From NCBI RefSeq assembly GCF_001194135.2, contig NC_068993.1, positions 20,826,551 through 20,890,550 of the forward strand: a DNA stretch of 64,000 bases, read 5' to 3'. Positions 62,448 to 64,000 of this stretch are shown here, piece after piece; position 1 is the stretch's first letter, and the number at the start of each line of letters is the position of its first letter. The position numbers were made by a program, and so were the translations under genes. The notes below the pieces were generated by a model, which saw only the letters and a program-made list of their open reading frames with translations, did no database searches and was not told the origin of the DNA. This stretch comes from Octopus bimaculoides. Its lineage: Eukaryota.

Positions 62448-62625
62448 TTGTATGTATGTATGTATGTATAAATGTATGTATGTATGTATGTATGTATGTA
62501 TGTATATATGTATGTATGTATGCATGCTTGTTTGTATGTATGCATGCATGTATGTATGCATGCATGTGTGTATGCATGCATGTATGTATGTATGTATGTA
62601 TGTATGTATACACACGCACACACAC
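62448..62625. repeat. (TATG/CATG)n microsatellite
   Basis: Direct reading. Confidence 0.95.
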
Positions 62626-62682
62626 ATTCGTGAAAATCTCTTTCCGTGGATATTTGAGATACCTTCTCAGTTATAGGCGAAG

Positions 62683-62821
62683 GCGTGGCTGTGTGGTAAG
62701 AAGTTTGCATCCCGGCAACATGGTTCCGGGTTAGGTCCCACTGCGTGGCATGTCTTCTACTATAGCCTCGGCCCTACTACCTTGTGAGTGGATTTGTAAA
62801 TAGGAACTCAAAGAATCTTGT

Positions 62822-62830
<9 letters not shown>
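62683..62830 (+). mobile_element. SINE family A, 5' half ending in (TA)n
   Basis: ggcgtggctgtgtggtaagaagtttgc...gtcccactgcgtggc...ccttgtgagtggattt. Confidence 0.85.
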
Positions 62831-62860
<30 letters not shown>

Positions 62861-62938
62861 TATTTGAGGACATACCTTTTGGGGGTCATTGCTGCATTTT
62901 TTACTATCTCTCTATAACCTTTATTTAAAAAAATAATA

Positions 62939-63920
62939 ATGGCAGACCCTCAGCTTACTCAAGAAATGAAGAGGTATGCTGTTATTATGGTTATAAAGGC
63001 TGAGCATAACGGTTTAGAGTTGCCAGGTCTTGCATCTACAAAATTTGTAAGGAAATAGAGACTGAAGATGGAAACGTATTAGCAGTATCAACATATATAA
63101 AGCATTCTAAACGTTCTAAAATCATCAGAACACCTTAATTTATCCAGCAGGTTCAACAGACCATTGATTACAATCCCAGAAAGTCCATGAGGTCAATTGC
63201 AAAAGATCTCCATTTGTGAGAAGCAACAGTCAGAAATGTCCATTTCCTTATATGATAAGTAAAGATTAATTTATCAGAAAAAGCAAAAGAAAATTACTAC
63301 ATCAGATCTAAAAGGCTCTTTAACAAACTGAAAAATCCAGCAGAAGAAGATTTGACCAAGATCAAAAAGTTAACAGAGGAAATGACAGATAGTTATGTGT
63401 AGATCCTTCTGAAGTTCCAAGTGGTATGCATACAAAATTTAATGCAACTGTCATGGTTTTAGGGGTTGTCAGCAATGAAGGGCATGAGATGCCTCCTTAC
63501 TTCTTTCAACAAGCCCTCAGAGTTAATTCTGACACCTACATTGAGGTCCTGGAAATGATTGTTAAACCCTGATAGACAGTGCATGCAATGGAAGGCCATA
63601 TGTGTTTCATTAAGACTCTGCACTACCTACCACACACGGCTCTAGTAACACAGGAATGGATGGCTGAAGATTTTCATGATCGCATAACCCCTAATATTTG
63701 GTCTCCTAATTCGCCATATCTCAATCCATTAGACTATTACATGTGGAGTGTTGTTGAGAGAGAGGTCAATGAACACGCCCATAACACCAAAGATTCTTTG
63801 AAAGCTGCCATAGTCAGAGTAATGTCCAAAATGAACCAGGACCACTTGATTCGAGCATGTAAATGATTTAGATCTCATATAGAAGCAGTTGTTGAAGCTG
63901 AAGGTGGCCTTATTGAATAA
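62939..63920 (+). pseudogene. maT/DD37D (Bmmar1-like) Tc1/mariner transposase, decayed; right end may lie beyond the window
   Basis: RTP*FIQQVQQTIDYNPRKSMRSIAKDL; GHEMPPYFF; *DSA/HTALVTQEW...IWSPNSPYLNPLDYYMWSVVE...FRSHIEAVVEAEGGLIE*. Reconstructed D-to-D spacing is 37 after removing a 4-nt insertion. Confidence 0.88.
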
Positions 63921-64000
63921 CATGATATAAAAGATGGTTTATTATTATCCTCATAGCATTTTTGATAGATGAAGTTATTATCTGTTAGGAGGAATTTCAA

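Overview
Eukaryotic, AT-rich, repeat-saturated nuclear DNA from a gapped short-read assembly with 13 N-gaps, several inside or beside microsatellites. The tRNA-derived SINE families plus the extreme load of (TA/CA/GA/AAT/TATG)n repeats point to an octopod cephalopod (Octopus sp.); this is inference from recalled repeat families, not a database result. I find no host protein-coding exon I can support, so the window looks intergenic or intronic. Most ORF-track entries are microsatellite, SINE or N-gap artefacts. The real coding signal is transposon-derived: a Tc1 DD34E remnant (1.2-2.3 kb), three mariner copies (one with about 220 uninterrupted codons at 26.4-27.1 kb), a gag-like CCHC ORF1 with no following ORF2 (32.8-34.1 kb), a TTAA-flanked piggyBac deletion derivative (36.5-38.5 kb), a Tx1/L1-like 3' end, an RTE-like RT fragment, a maT/DD37D element (62.9-63.9 kb), and probable heavily decayed Gypsy and Helitron fragments. 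The most interesting observations are: (1) two copies of a short repeat carrying a minimal type-I hammerhead-ribozyme motif with an A6U core variant, a candidate Penelope-derived retrozyme; (2) a GG-terminated MITE with an 8-bp TSD (Merlin-like) whose centre is a perfect 52-bp (CCCTAA)4/(TTAGGG)4 palindrome; (3) a piggyBac with exon-trap architecture and a cryptic nested MITE; (4) a 2x2 modular swap of SINE middle and tail domains; (5) an element inserted into (AAT)n. All alignments and folds were done by eye, and boundaries are approximate unless TSDs are quoted.
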